Shown here: positions 1 to 8,364 of the stretch, piece by piece
Layout: each line of letters starts with the position of its first letter
Numbering within the stretch: position 1 is the first letter of the stretch
From: a virus
Lineage: Duplodnaviria; Caudoviricetes
IMG/VR virus record: IMGVR_UViG_3300032050_000160
Coordinates: 1 to 57,929 of that record
DNA length: 57,929 nucleotides
Reading direction: 5' to 3' (one strand)
Position numbers and translations under genes: made by a program
The notes under the pieces: model-generated
What the model was told of the DNA's origin: nothing
Database searches by the model: none
The model's input: the letters and a program-made list of their open reading frames with translations, nothing else

Positions 1-50
1 CCAAACTCTTGTTCTTCTGAAGACAAGTCTTCCATGCCCATATGATTCAT
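1..50 (-). CDS. Partial hypothetical protein (N-terminus MNHMGMEDLSSEEQEF..., runs off the window)
   Basis: ATG at 50 with GGAG about 12 nt upstream; frame stays open to the window edge, directly downstream of the Ntn peptidase. Confidence 0.5.
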   Translation of the reverse strand, partial: MNHMGMEDLSSEEQEF

Positions 51-65
51 ATAGTAACCATACTC

Positions 66-599
66 CTAAACACTTAGTATATCAATAGGACCTTTGCAAG
101 AAGTTGAATGAGTAATGGCAGCATTTACTGCAGTTACCGCTCTTTTTCTTGCGTCCTTTTGTTTTTGTGTTGAGTACAATGAACCTAATGCTAAATCCCC
201 GCCAGAACCCATTGCTAAATAATCTTGTTCATATTGAGTTAATGACATATCTGATGCATTATGTTCATATATCTTTCCACGAACACATATAATCATTCCA
301 AAATCAGAAGTTGGTGATACATCTACCCACCATTCTTCATAGAATTTGCGAAGGGCTTTTAAAAACTTGCTATACATAAACTTGTCAATGCTGCCTCGTC
401 CTTCAAACTCTGGCGGTACGAATAGATGCTTGATTCTATCCCCATCCATAGATCCAGCATATCCGAATAGATAGCCTTCTTTTTTCCATATCTTAGGACT
501 TGAACAAACGCTAATACTATTATCGTCTGATACGCCACGATCTCCAGCCATCCATATTTTATTGTTTACATTATCACGAACTACTGCAATACAAGTCAT
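66..599 (-). CDS. HslV/proteasome-beta-like Ntn-hydrolase peptidase
   Basis: M-T-C-I-A start exposes Thr1 after Met removal; AGD...K, GYAGS and AMGSGG motifs typical of HslV/proteasome beta subunits; 177 aa. Confidence 0.75.
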   Translation of the reverse strand: MTCIAVVRDNVNNKIWMAGDRGVSDDNSISVCSSPKIWKKEGYLFGYAGSMDGDRIKHLFVPPEFEGRGSIDKFMYSKFLKALRKFYEEWWVDVSPTSDFGMIICVRGKIYEHNASDMSLTQYEQDYLAMGSGGDLALGSLYSTQKQKDARKRAVTAVNAAITHSTSCKGPIDILSV

Positions 600-625
600 T
601 ACAAGCCTTTCTATATTTACTATTT

Positions 626-654
626 AGTATAGCACTGAACTAAAAATGTGTCAA
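626..654 (-). promoter_or_regulatory. sigma70/SigA-type promoter for the Ntn peptidase
   Basis: Minus strand reads TTGACA-N17-TATACT, with TGn extended -10. Confidence 0.8.
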
Positions 655-1248
655 CTAATTAATAGTTTGTCCACATTCTGGACATGTCTTAGGCTTCTTA
701 GCAGTCTTATTAGGCTTTGCAGGCTCATCAGATTTCTTTACTGCTGCACCGCCGAATTTAGGACGACCAAATCCTACGATTGAAATTAAAACATTCTTTT
801 TATTTTTCTTATAAGCACGAAGTTGTTTGCAAACCTCTCCGCCATTTCTTTGGCTGCCCTTTTTATTGCTTGAGGTATTTCCTTCTATACACCATACAGT
901 TCCGTCACCATTGTCTTCAATAACAATGCCAACATGTGAGATTCTATCTACTCCGTCTGAAGGAAAATCAAAATATGCAACATCGCCTGGTTCTGGATCT
1001 GCAATATCTGCATCGATCCACGCCCCTGCCTTTTTAAATGCTGCTGCTCCACCTGGAGTATAAACAGTATTTGGTACTTTTACTCCTGCTTCATTTGCAC
1101 ACCACATAACAAATGAACCACACCATGGCTGGAAGTTAGCCTTTGTAAACTTTCCATATTTAGTTTCGTTATCTTTTGGACCTTCAATAGTTCCAACTTC
1201 GCCCTTTGCTACTTCAATAAACTTTTCTACTGTTCCCATTTCTGCCAT
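655..1248 (-). CDS. CHAP-domain peptidoglycan amidase/endolysin
   Basis: PWCGSFV (catalytic Cys), SHVGIV (His) and IEGNT motifs; Lys/Pro-rich tail ending CPECGQ. Confidence 0.85.
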   Translation of the reverse strand: MAEMGTVEKFIEVAKGEVGTIEGPKDNETKYGKFTKANFQPWCGSFVMWCANEAGVKVPNTVYTPGGAAAFKKAGAWIDADIADPEPGDVAYFDFPSDGVDRISHVGIVIEDNGDGTVWCIEGNTSSNKKGSQRNGGEVCKQLRAYKKNKKNVLISIVGFGRPKFGGAAVKKSDEPAKPNKTAKKPKTCPECGQTIN

Positions 1249-1250
1249 GA

Positions 1251-1694
1251 TTAATCCTTATCCCAATCCAAGTCTACTGGTTGTTCTTCTGGCATTGCGC
1301 CGTCTGGTTTCTTTGCAAGTCTTGCTCTTACCTCATCAAGTTCTGCATCAAGTTTATCTTCTGCCATTTTAATTTCAGACTCTAATTTCTTATCTGCTTG
1401 AGTATTTTTAGCATCCATTTCTTTATTAGACAATTGTGCAGCCATGATATCTTTTGCACCAGATTGTCCAATCAATAAACCTGCCAATGTTCCAGTAATA
1501 AATGTTGCTACTGAGCCGAGAACATTAAAAAACATTTTGTCATTTTCTGACTGTGCTCCAATTGGCTGTGTCACAAATATAAGAGCGTATAGAATACCTA
1601 ACGCTGTAAACAATAAAATTGCTCCCAATGTACAACCAAGAATAAATTTAAGCCGTGCATCAAGATCTTGTGGTGTTAATCTTTGTTTAGACAT
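1251..1694 (-). CDS. Two-TM membrane protein with C-terminal coiled coil (holin/lysis-accessory candidate)
   Basis: Two hydrophobic helices, charged helical tail, immediately upstream of the endolysin. Confidence 0.55.
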   Translation of the reverse strand: MSKQRLTPQDLDARLKFILGCTLGAILLFTALGILYALIFVTQPIGAQSENDKMFFNVLGSVATFITGTLAGLLIGQSGAKDIMAAQLSNKEMDAKNTQADKKLESEIKMAEDKLDAELDEVRARLAKKPDGAMPEEQPVDLDWDKD

Positions 1695-1906
1695 TATTTA
1701 CCTTTCGTCTTCTGATATTCATCCCATGCCTCTTGACCAATTATGTCTCGTGTACATGTGCCAGATGTCTCGCAAATAGGAGGATTGCATTCTTTGGCAT
1801 CCCAATTTGCTGGATCCTGACAAGGATAGCGATAGTGACCGTCATACCCGCAGCCACTAAGACCTAATACAAGTATACACGATAATAAAATATGACGAAT
1901 CTTCAT
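1694..1906 (-). CDS. Small Cys-rich lipoprotein
   Basis: MKIRH + hydrophobic stretch + lipobox LSGC; four further Cys; TGGTATAAT 6 nt upstream of the ATG. Confidence 0.7.
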   Translation of the reverse strand: MKIRHILLSCILVLGLSGCGYDGHYRYPCQDPANWDAKECNPPICETSGTCTRDIIGQEAWDEYQKTKGK

Positions 1907-1923
1907 ATCTGTATTATACCAAG

Positions 1924-2133
1924 TTATTCTTTCTCTTCACGAAGCGGGATAGTGATAAGCCATAGGGCTATTGATATTAATGTGGCTACCCCCACTACCT
2001 GCTGGGCGGTACCTGTAAGGGTAAGCCAAGCAATAAAGAAGCCAAGGATGGTAAATACTTGGGCTATGCTCTCAACTACAGCAGCCTTAAGCCACTTTAA
2101 GAATCCCTTAACTATCTTCTTAATCATGTTCAT
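1924..2133 (-). CDS. Small two-TM membrane protein (holin-like)
   Basis: 69 aa, basic amphipathic N-terminus, two TM segments, charged C-terminus; GGAGG RBS. Confidence 0.55.
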   Translation of the reverse strand: MNMIKKIVKGFLKWLKAAVVESIAQVFTILGFFIAWLTLTGTAQQVVGVATLISIALWLITIPLREEKE

Positions 2134-2134
2134 A

Positions 2135-3772
2135 TTATAACCTCCTTAGTGACATAACTGAACTAACTATATTTCCTACCAAAATAACAGGGATCACAAC
2201 CTCTTGAACTTTTTCTCTCTGATCATCTGTCATATCTTTACCCCATTCTGTTGGGCTTAACAACTTTTCAAAATCTATATCTGTCAATACGCCAAGCGGA
2301 TCTGCTAAGAATGCCTCTGTTTGTATTTCTGTTACAGCATCTGCTAAGGTATATGGCATTGAAGCATCTTCATTTTGTGCTGCTTTTTCAGCAAATTGAA
2401 CTACGGCTGCTGCTACTGCAGGATTTTCTTTTGCTACCTCTGCAATAAGGGCAACTTCTTCTGCCTTAATACCAAGATCTTCTGCCAACGCTTTCTTAGC
2501 CTCTGGGTTTAACTCAGTTAAAAAGTTTGATACGGCTGACATTAATTTAGAATCATTAACACTAATTAGTTTATTTAATTTCTTAAGTTCCTCATCAGAA
2601 ATAGGACTGCTATCCGTGTTATCATTATCTGGTGCTACTACAGGATCTTCGTCAACAGGTTGCTCAGGTTCAGGCTCTGGAGTTGGATCTGTATCCGTTG
2701 GCTGAGGTGAAGGCTCTTCTGAAGGCTCTGGAGTTGGATCAGTCTCTTCGTCTACCCCACCTGTTGTATCAGGGCTTGGGGTTGGAGTGGGATCGTCTGG
2801 TTCAGTTTGCTCTTCATCATCAGGGAATCTTGGATCCTCTGGAGTAATTATTTCTGGATCAACCTCAACATCAGGTTCAGGCAAATCTGGCTCATCTGTA
2901 GGCTCAGGACTTGGCTCTGGTTCTGGTTCGGTTGTAATATCTGGTTCTGGCTCATTAACTTCTTCACCATTAATAGATGCAATAAGATTATTAAGGTCTG
3001 ATATTTCTGAAGCCAATTGTGCTGCTTCTGCTACCTGCTCTTGCTGCTCTTCGGGCGTTATAGGGGCTTCTGTGGGCGTTGGAGAGGGTTCTGGAGATGG
3101 CTGCTGAGTAGGTGTAGGAGAAGGATCTGGAATAGGCTCTGCTTGCAATGTAGGGGCAGGAGAATTAGGAGAAACCTGTGTAGCGCCCCAAGCCTCTAAA
3201 GAAACAATATCTCCATTATGAAGCCTTACCCCTGTTCTAAGATTTTGATATTCTGGACCTTGATAACTATAGGACACCGCTAAACCGCCAGTATTAGTAA
3301 TAGCCACTAATATATTTACTGTACTTGGTTGTGCCCCATAGTTACCGTATGGGACCATATTTAGATTTAATTGAAATCCGCCCTCTGAATAATATATATC
3401 CAAACCAGATGTTCCGCTTGCTCCTGGATACCAGTCCATTGAATATAAGGAGATAGATGGTGTATTAGGATATGCCCAGTATGTGGGATCAGGTTGACCA
3501 AATGTAATTACTGAGTTAGTTGTTGCATAAATGTTTTCATACTGTACCCCGTCAAAAGTAACTGTGCTTGCAATAGGAATTTGATAAGATATATCATCAC
3601 CTGAGCAGGTATCCATTGTATGTACTGTAGGTTCGGCATCGCCATTATATGCTGCTGCTATGGTTTGTGATTGTATAAAGTTTACACAAGTGGCATTAGC
3701 GTTTTCTGGAAGCCATAGGTTAAAACCAAATGCTAATAAAGTTGCTGTTAATATTCTGGTTAATTTCTTAAT
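2135..3772 (-). CDS. Secreted, membrane-anchored surface protein: signal peptide, NIDO-like head, Pro/Glu/Thr stalk, C-terminal hydrophobic anchor
   Basis: ORF track starts at 3616, but the frame is open upstream and encodes (I)KKLTRILTATLLAFGFNLWLPENANA from an ATT at 3772; GDD..Y.I....TFDG..Y..IY.TTN..ITF resembles NIDO-type N-termini; EPEP/PTP repeats; ends VVIPVILVGNIVSSVMSLRRL. Confidence 0.65.
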   Translation of the reverse strand: MKKLTRILTATLLAFGFNLWLPENANATCVNFIQSQTIAAAYNGDAEPTVHTMDTCSGDDISYQIPIASTVTFDGVQYENIYATTNSVITFGQPDPTYWAYPNTPSISLYSMDWYPGASGTSGLDIYYSEGGFQLNLNMVPYGNYGAQPSTVNILVAITNTGGLAVSYSYQGPEYQNLRTGVRLHNGDIVSLEAWGATQVSPNSPAPTLQAEPIPDPSPTPTQQPSPEPSPTPTEAPITPEEQQEQVAEAAQLASEISDLNNLIASINGEEVNEPEPDITTEPEPEPSPEPTDEPDLPEPDVEVDPEIITPEDPRFPDDEEQTEPDDPTPTPSPDTTGGVDEETDPTPEPSEEPSPQPTDTDPTPEPEPEQPVDEDPVVAPDNDNTDSSPISDEELKKLNKLISVNDSKLMSAVSNFLTELNPEAKKALAEDLGIKAEEVALIAEVAKENPAVAAAVVQFAEKAAQNEDASMPYTLADAVTEIQTEAFLADPLGVLTDIDFEKLLSPTEWGKDMTDDQREKVQEVVIPVILVGNIVSSVMSLRRL

Positions 3773-3803
3773 TGTCCTTTCTGCCTCCAGATTTAATAAA
3801 ACT

Positions 3804-3812
3804 ATTATAACA
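3804..3812 (-). promoter_or_regulatory. Extended -10 promoter (TGTTATAAT)
   Basis: Lies between the terminator and the RBS-like GGAGGCAGAAAGGA of the surface protein gene. Confidence 0.65.
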
Positions 3813-3820
3813 TTTTATTT

Positions 3821-3853
3821 AAAAAAGAAAAGGGAGCCAGTTTCCTGACTCCC
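3821..3853 (-). terminator. Rho-independent terminator
   Basis: GGGAGTCAG-GAAA-CTGGCTCCC hairpin followed by TTTTCTTTTTT, just after the 3873 stop. Confidence 0.85.
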
Positions 3854-3872
3854 AAATCTTTTAATTTGTTAA

Positions 3873-5021
3873 TTACTTAACAAGTGTAACCTTTGCCTTT
3901 GGATTTTTTGCGTTCCACTTCTTGGCAAGATCATTAAATGCCTTCTTCATTGCAGCGATTGCAGCAGCATTATCTGCCTTTACCTTTGCAAGTTCAGCAT
4001 CTGCAGCAACCTTTGCATCAGCAAGAGCCTTATCAGCAGCAACCTTAGCGGTTACAGCATTAGCCTTTAGTGTTGCAATTTCAGCAGCAGCAGTAATAGC
4101 AGCAGCGTCAGCAACAGCCTTAGCAGCAGCAGCATCAGATGCAGCCTTTGCTACAGCAGCAGCGAGAGCAGCATCTGCAGTTACCTTATCAGCAGCACGA
4201 GCAGCCTTTTCTGCAGCAAGTGCAGCGTTAGCAGTAGCAAGTGCTCCAGCAAGATCAGATACTGTTACGATTGCAGTCTGAGAAGTTGTTGCCAACTTGA
4301 TTGTTGGAACAGATGTTGGAGCAGTAATAGATGCTCCTACAGCAACAGTTCCAGCAGTTGCAGGAAGTGAGATCTCTGATGTGTAACGACCTGTTACAAG
4401 AGCATCAGCAGTTACTGTTCCAGCAGTTGCGCCACCAAGAGTAGTAACAGTTACTGTATCAGCAACAGCGTTGCCGAAAATATCTGCTACATCAAGAGTT
4501 GCAGTTACCTTGCCAGAAATATTTCCTGAAGCAGGGATTGACATCTTAAGTTCATATGCAGGACCTGCAACACCCTTAAGATAAATTGTTGTGCTTGCAC
4601 CAGTTACAGAAACTGTAACCGCAGATGCAGCAGTAGTTGTTGTATATGCATATACAGTCGCTGTTGTTGAAGCAGGTGTGACTGTGATTGATGATGATCC
4701 AGCAGATGCATTAACTGTTGAACCAATTGCAGAGACGAGGCGTGTTCCAGCACCAACTGCAGTAAATGTTACTGGTGTTCCAGCAACTACTGTAGCGGTG
4801 ATAAGAAGTGCTTCGTTGTTTGTAACAGTTGAGGTATCTGCAACGCTTACTACGTTATCAGATGGAACCTTAACTGTGAATGGTGAGGCTGCAGTACCTG
4901 CGCCAGAAATTTCTGTTGTTACGTCTACAGAAACGGTATTGGCACTTGCAGGTGTCACTACGAGTGTGCCCAATGTCATGGCTGCAACCACGGCAAGAGC
5001 AATCTTCTTAAATGAATTCAT
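3873..5021 (-). CDS. Secreted Ala/Thr/Val-rich surface (S-layer-like/Ig-like) protein with Ala-rich coiled-coil C-terminus
   Basis: MNSFKKIALAVVAAMTLGTLVVTPASA signal peptide (ASA cleavage site); AAGGAG RBS supports the 5021 start; beta-rich body; strong GCT/GCA/GTT/ACT codon bias. Confidence 0.7.
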   Translation of the reverse strand: MNSFKKIALAVVAAMTLGTLVVTPASANTVSVDVTTEISGAGTAASPFTVKVPSDNVVSVADTSTVTNNEALLITATVVAGTPVTFTAVGAGTRLVSAIGSTVNASAGSSSITVTPASTTATVYAYTTTTAASAVTVSVTGASTTIYLKGVAGPAYELKMSIPASGNISGKVTATLDVADIFGNAVADTVTVTTLGGATAGTVTADALVTGRYTSEISLPATAGTVAVGASITAPTSVPTIKLATTSQTAIVTVSDLAGALATANAALAAEKAARAADKVTADAALAAAVAKAASDAAAAKAVADAAAITAAAEIATLKANAVTAKVAADKALADAKVAADAELAKVKADNAAAIAAMKKAFNDLAKKWNAKNPKAKVTLVK

Positions 5022-5047
5022 TTTTCTCCTTTTATTATTCATTTTAT

Positions 5048-6832
5048 TTATATTGTTTTTAGTCTATCCAAATAGTCATTTATTTCTTCTATTTGACTAG
5101 GTTTATAGTGTATCACATTGTCTGGCAATGTGTCAACTCTACGAGGCTGTCCACGAAAAGTGTGAACATCAACTTCAAGGTTTTTATCCCTTGGAGTATA
5201 TGATATCGCACCAAAGATAGAACCGCAAACTGCGTCTGCCAAGTCCTTAGATTTCTTGCGTGGGTGATCTACCTTATCATTTTTCATAATCTTTAATTCT
5301 GTTAATTCTTCAAACAAAAGTTCTATAGCAGGCATTACTAATCTTTGTTCATATACAAGCATTGCCATATCCTCATAATGTTTCTTTGCTACAGATACTG
5401 TTTCTGTTCGTATGCCTACTGCCTGTAATTCATTCTGAATATCAAATGATTGCCAACGATCAAATGTAACTAATCCTATATTAAATCCTAGTCTGCGTAG
5501 ATTTTGTATCCACTGCTTTACTTCAGATAGGTTTACTGGCCCCTCTACCTTTGGTTCCCACCAGGCCACTGCATCAACAACAACAATAGGAGATATCTGC
5601 TCATAATCTTTTATTACTTGAACATTTACCCACTTCTCAACATGTGCAATGGCTATGGCACACTTGTCATGCTTTTGTGCAAGGTCAGCATGAACATAAT
5701 AAACCTTTTCTGGATCTGGCTTAAAGTTTTCTTCAAATCTTCTGAATTGATCCAGAGGATTTCTTATTGTCATACAGGCACGAACTTTATCTGCTTGTTT
5801 AAAAAATGCATCAGAAGCATAGGTGGGAACACAGGCAAAACGCATCATAGCATCACCAAGGTCTGTCATAAAAGCAATCTTAAAGTCATCTATTTTTCGA
5901 GTAGGATTTACTTCCCATGTTGGACGCTTGAGTGCAAATACTCCAGGATATTTATATGACTTGATATGATCTTCGTCCCATGATATCTCAAACCAATTGT
6001 CTTTGTCGTCTTCTGGCAGTAGTGGATTAATAATAAACTTATGATTCTTTGATACAACTTCTTTATCAGCAATTACTGCTTCATACCGCTCAGAAATAAA
6101 ATCTCCATTGTAGCGAGGGAATGAAAGCAAAACCACTTTACCAAGATCGGGGAAGCGGGAATCTACAGAACCACGAAATGCTTTATATATATTGTCAGCA
6201 GTCTTTCCTTGCTCATTACCAGTTGCAACTTCAGATGCGAAACCAGAAATCTCATCAAGAACTGCTAACAAAAGATTTAAACCTTCATGCGATTCTCTTT
6301 CTGAGTGACCAGAGTAAACTGTAATTGATTTATCAAATCCTATTGAGTCTACCTTTGCTTCATACTTGCCAGCAAACCAAGGTGACTTTTCAATCTTAGT
6401 CTTAAATCCTTTAAAGAAAACATTCTTTGCCTGTTGTGCGTTGATAGCAACATTAATAAGATCTATTGCATCTCCACTTGGTTTTCCGAAATATCTTGCA
6501 GGATCTTTGAGACATAATAACTTATAGACAATATAAGCACAAGCAACAGTAGAGGTGAAGTCCTTCCCACTACCCTTCCCAAGTTGAAGAATAATTTCGT
6601 TCTTTGTGTATTTTTCATAGTATCTTGCACCATCTTCCTCTCCCATTAATTGTTGTAAGTCTTCTTTACGATAAATCTGACTCATTGCCTGAACAATGTC
6701 ATACTGGATATCTGAAAGTCCTGGCTGCCCTAAATAATCTGGGGACTCAACAAATGTCTTTGCATCTACTGGAGTTTCTTCAAAATGATTATCTTTTAAT
6801 GCCTCAAGAAAATCATCAAACATCATGGACAA
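5048..6832 (-). CDS. terL: Terminase large subunit
   Basis: Walker A LGKGSGKD, Walker B LLAVLDE, LLSFP coupling motif, RNase H-like nuclease (HADLA, TFDRWQS, DHP...SKDLADA). Confidence 0.92.
   Translation of the reverse strand: MSMMFDDFLEALKDNHFEETPVDAKTFVESPDYLGQPGLSDIQYDIVQAMSQIYRKEDLQQLMGEEDGARYYEKYTKNEIILQLGKGSGKDFTSTVACAYIVYKLLCLKDPARYFGKPSGDAIDLINVAINAQQAKNVFFKGFKTKIEKSPWFAGKYEAKVDSIGFDKSITVYSGHSERESHEGLNLLLAVLDEISGFASEVATGNEQGKTADNIYKAFRGSVDSRFPDLGKVVLLSFPRYNGDFISERYEAVIADKEVVSKNHKFIINPLLPEDDKDNWFEISWDEDHIKSYKYPGVFALKRPTWEVNPTRKIDDFKIAFMTDLGDAMMRFACVPTYASDAFFKQADKVRACMTIRNPLDQFRRFEENFKPDPEKVYYVHADLAQKHDKCAIAIAHVEKWVNVQVIKDYEQISPIVVVDAVAWWEPKVEGPVNLSEVKQWIQNLRRLGFNIGLVTFDRWQSFDIQNELQAVGIRTETVSVAKKHYEDMAMLVYEQRLVMPAIELLFEELTELKIMKNDKVDHPRKKSKDLADAVCGSIFGAISYTPRDKNLEVDVHTFRGQPRRVDTLPDNVIHYKPSQIEEINDYLDRLKTI
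5107..5136 (-). promoter_or_regulatory. Promoter embedded in the terL 3' end, driving the surface protein gene
   Basis: TTGACA-N18-TACACT with TGn; spacer contains the inverted repeat CACATTG-N5-CAATGTG. Confidence 0.6.
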
Positions 6833-7349
6833 TTGTAATCACTTCATCTTTCTTGGCAACTTCTGAAAGTCTACGCATAATCTCATCACGAATCTGTGGA
6901 TACTCTGATGCTATATCACGAAGAATTGCCATCAATACTTCTTGCTTCTTTTCAATTTGAAGCATTTCTTCTGCAAGTTCTTTATTTTCTAATAGACCAG
7001 CCTTTTGTAGCATATCAATTCTTTTAGATTCAATATCCATAACTAATTTAATTGCTTGTGTTTTTGCACTAAGATTATTATTGAGCGATGCTTCATCAAT
7101 AACCTCATATGATTTTGCAATAAGTTTATTATAATGAGTATCTGCTACTGCAAGGGCCTCCTTGGCACGAGCACGAATAGCATCATTTGCAGATGCCATG
7201 ACCTTCCACTCATTAATATGCTGTACTACACGAGTCCTAGGTATTGCAAGATCTTTAGATATTTTTGTTGCATCATTACCTTTTAAATATTCTCCTACGA
7301 CAATATTTATTTCGTCTAAATGCTTAATTAAATCTTCTTCAGTTGACAT
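6816..7349 (-). CDS. Probable terminase small subunit
   Basis: N-terminal HTH-like segment (ATKISKDLAIPRTRV) and helical coiled coil; overlaps the terL start; likely start MSTEEDL. Confidence 0.65.
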   Translation of the reverse strand: MSTEEDLIKHLDEINIVVGEYLKGNDATKISKDLAIPRTRVVQHINEWKVMASANDAIRARAKEALAVADTHYNKLIAKSYEVIDEASLNNNLSAKTQAIKLVMDIESKRIDMLQKAGLLENKELAEEMLQIEKKQEVLMAILRDIASEYPQIRDEIMRRLSEVAKKDEVITIVHDV

Positions 7350-8349
7350 AATTATTTGATGCATACCAATCATAGGCTAGAGAGGCCCATGCATGATGAT
7401 ATCCTGTTCCTCCATGTACTCCATCTCTTCCAGTTAGCGCAAATTTATCATCTTTATTATTTGAAATATATTCTTGCACTAATTTAAAAAATCCCCTTCC
7501 ATTATCTAAATCTTTTTCCATAATACTAAAAGATGACAGATCTACCTGACTTAAAATAAAATTTGAAAAGGTATTGTGCGAATATATGTATAACTGTATG
7601 TTGTTTAATTTACAAAATATTTCTAACATCATTAAGTATTGATAAACATTGATATATTTTTCAATAACAGCAGCATGTGATGTCTCATCACCATCTTTTT
7701 CATTTTTCGCATAATTATAAATTGAATTGTAATACACTCCTATATTTGGATTTCTTATTAATTGCTTTAAATTAAATTCTGAAGCAAATTTTACATTATT
7801 TTCTTCTCTAGATACTTCTAATAATGAATAGAATCTGCCTACATGAGGTAGATTTATAAATATTACATCTGGCTTTGTATATTTATTGATATATTTAAAA
7901 ATATTTGTAACAATTTCAAAAACACCAGTTCCTGGAATTGCTAAATTATAATAACCAGACACTTTTTCTTTTTCTTTTATTTTATTATATAATAACCAGG
8001 GCCAAATTTCTTTATTGTATAAACTATAGCCATAGGTATTCGAGCAACCAGAAAATAATATATGCTTCCCATCATGGTTTTTAGTAAATTGATCTGACCT
8101 AAATAAAAGAGAGTTTACCTTAAATGTATCTGGGGCATCTGTATAGTCTAAAATCCATTTTTGACTTTCAGCAACTTCATCAAAATTTTCATATCTATAT
8201 GGAGATATCGTTTTTATATATTTAAAATCAAGGTCAAATACAAATGCTAATTCTGGATACCTATATCCTGTAAGATTTTTGTTAAAAGGATTATCTATTG
8301 CTCCTGCAATATCTACATCAAATAAACCGTGGTACTTAAAAGTTCTCAT
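7339..8349 (-). CDS. SGNH/GDSL-hydrolase-like hypothetical protein (AT-rich moron)
   Basis: FSGCSNTYG (block I), YNLAIPGTG (block II), DGVH (DxxH block V); own leaderless promoter. Confidence 0.55.
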   Translation of the reverse strand: MRTFKYHGLFDVDIAGAIDNPFNKNLTGYRYPELAFVFDLDFKYIKTISPYRYENFDEVAESQKWILDYTDAPDTFKVNSLLFRSDQFTKNHDGKHILFSGCSNTYGYSLYNKEIWPWLLYNKIKEKEKVSGYYNLAIPGTGVFEIVTNIFKYINKYTKPDVIFINLPHVGRFYSLLEVSREENNVKFASEFNLKQLIRNPNIGVYYNSIYNYAKNEKDGDETSHAAVIEKYINVYQYLMMLEIFCKLNNIQLYIYSHNTFSNFILSQVDLSSFSIMEKDLDNGRGFFKLVQEYISNNKDDKFALTGRDGVHGGTGYHHAWASLAYDWYASNNYVN

Positions 8350-8364
8350 AATAATATTATATCA

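Noticed and set aside
2787-5100. Plus-strand ORFs 2787-3107, 3922-4281 and 4591-5100
   Set aside because: Antisense shadows of low-complexity, codon-biased minus-strand genes.
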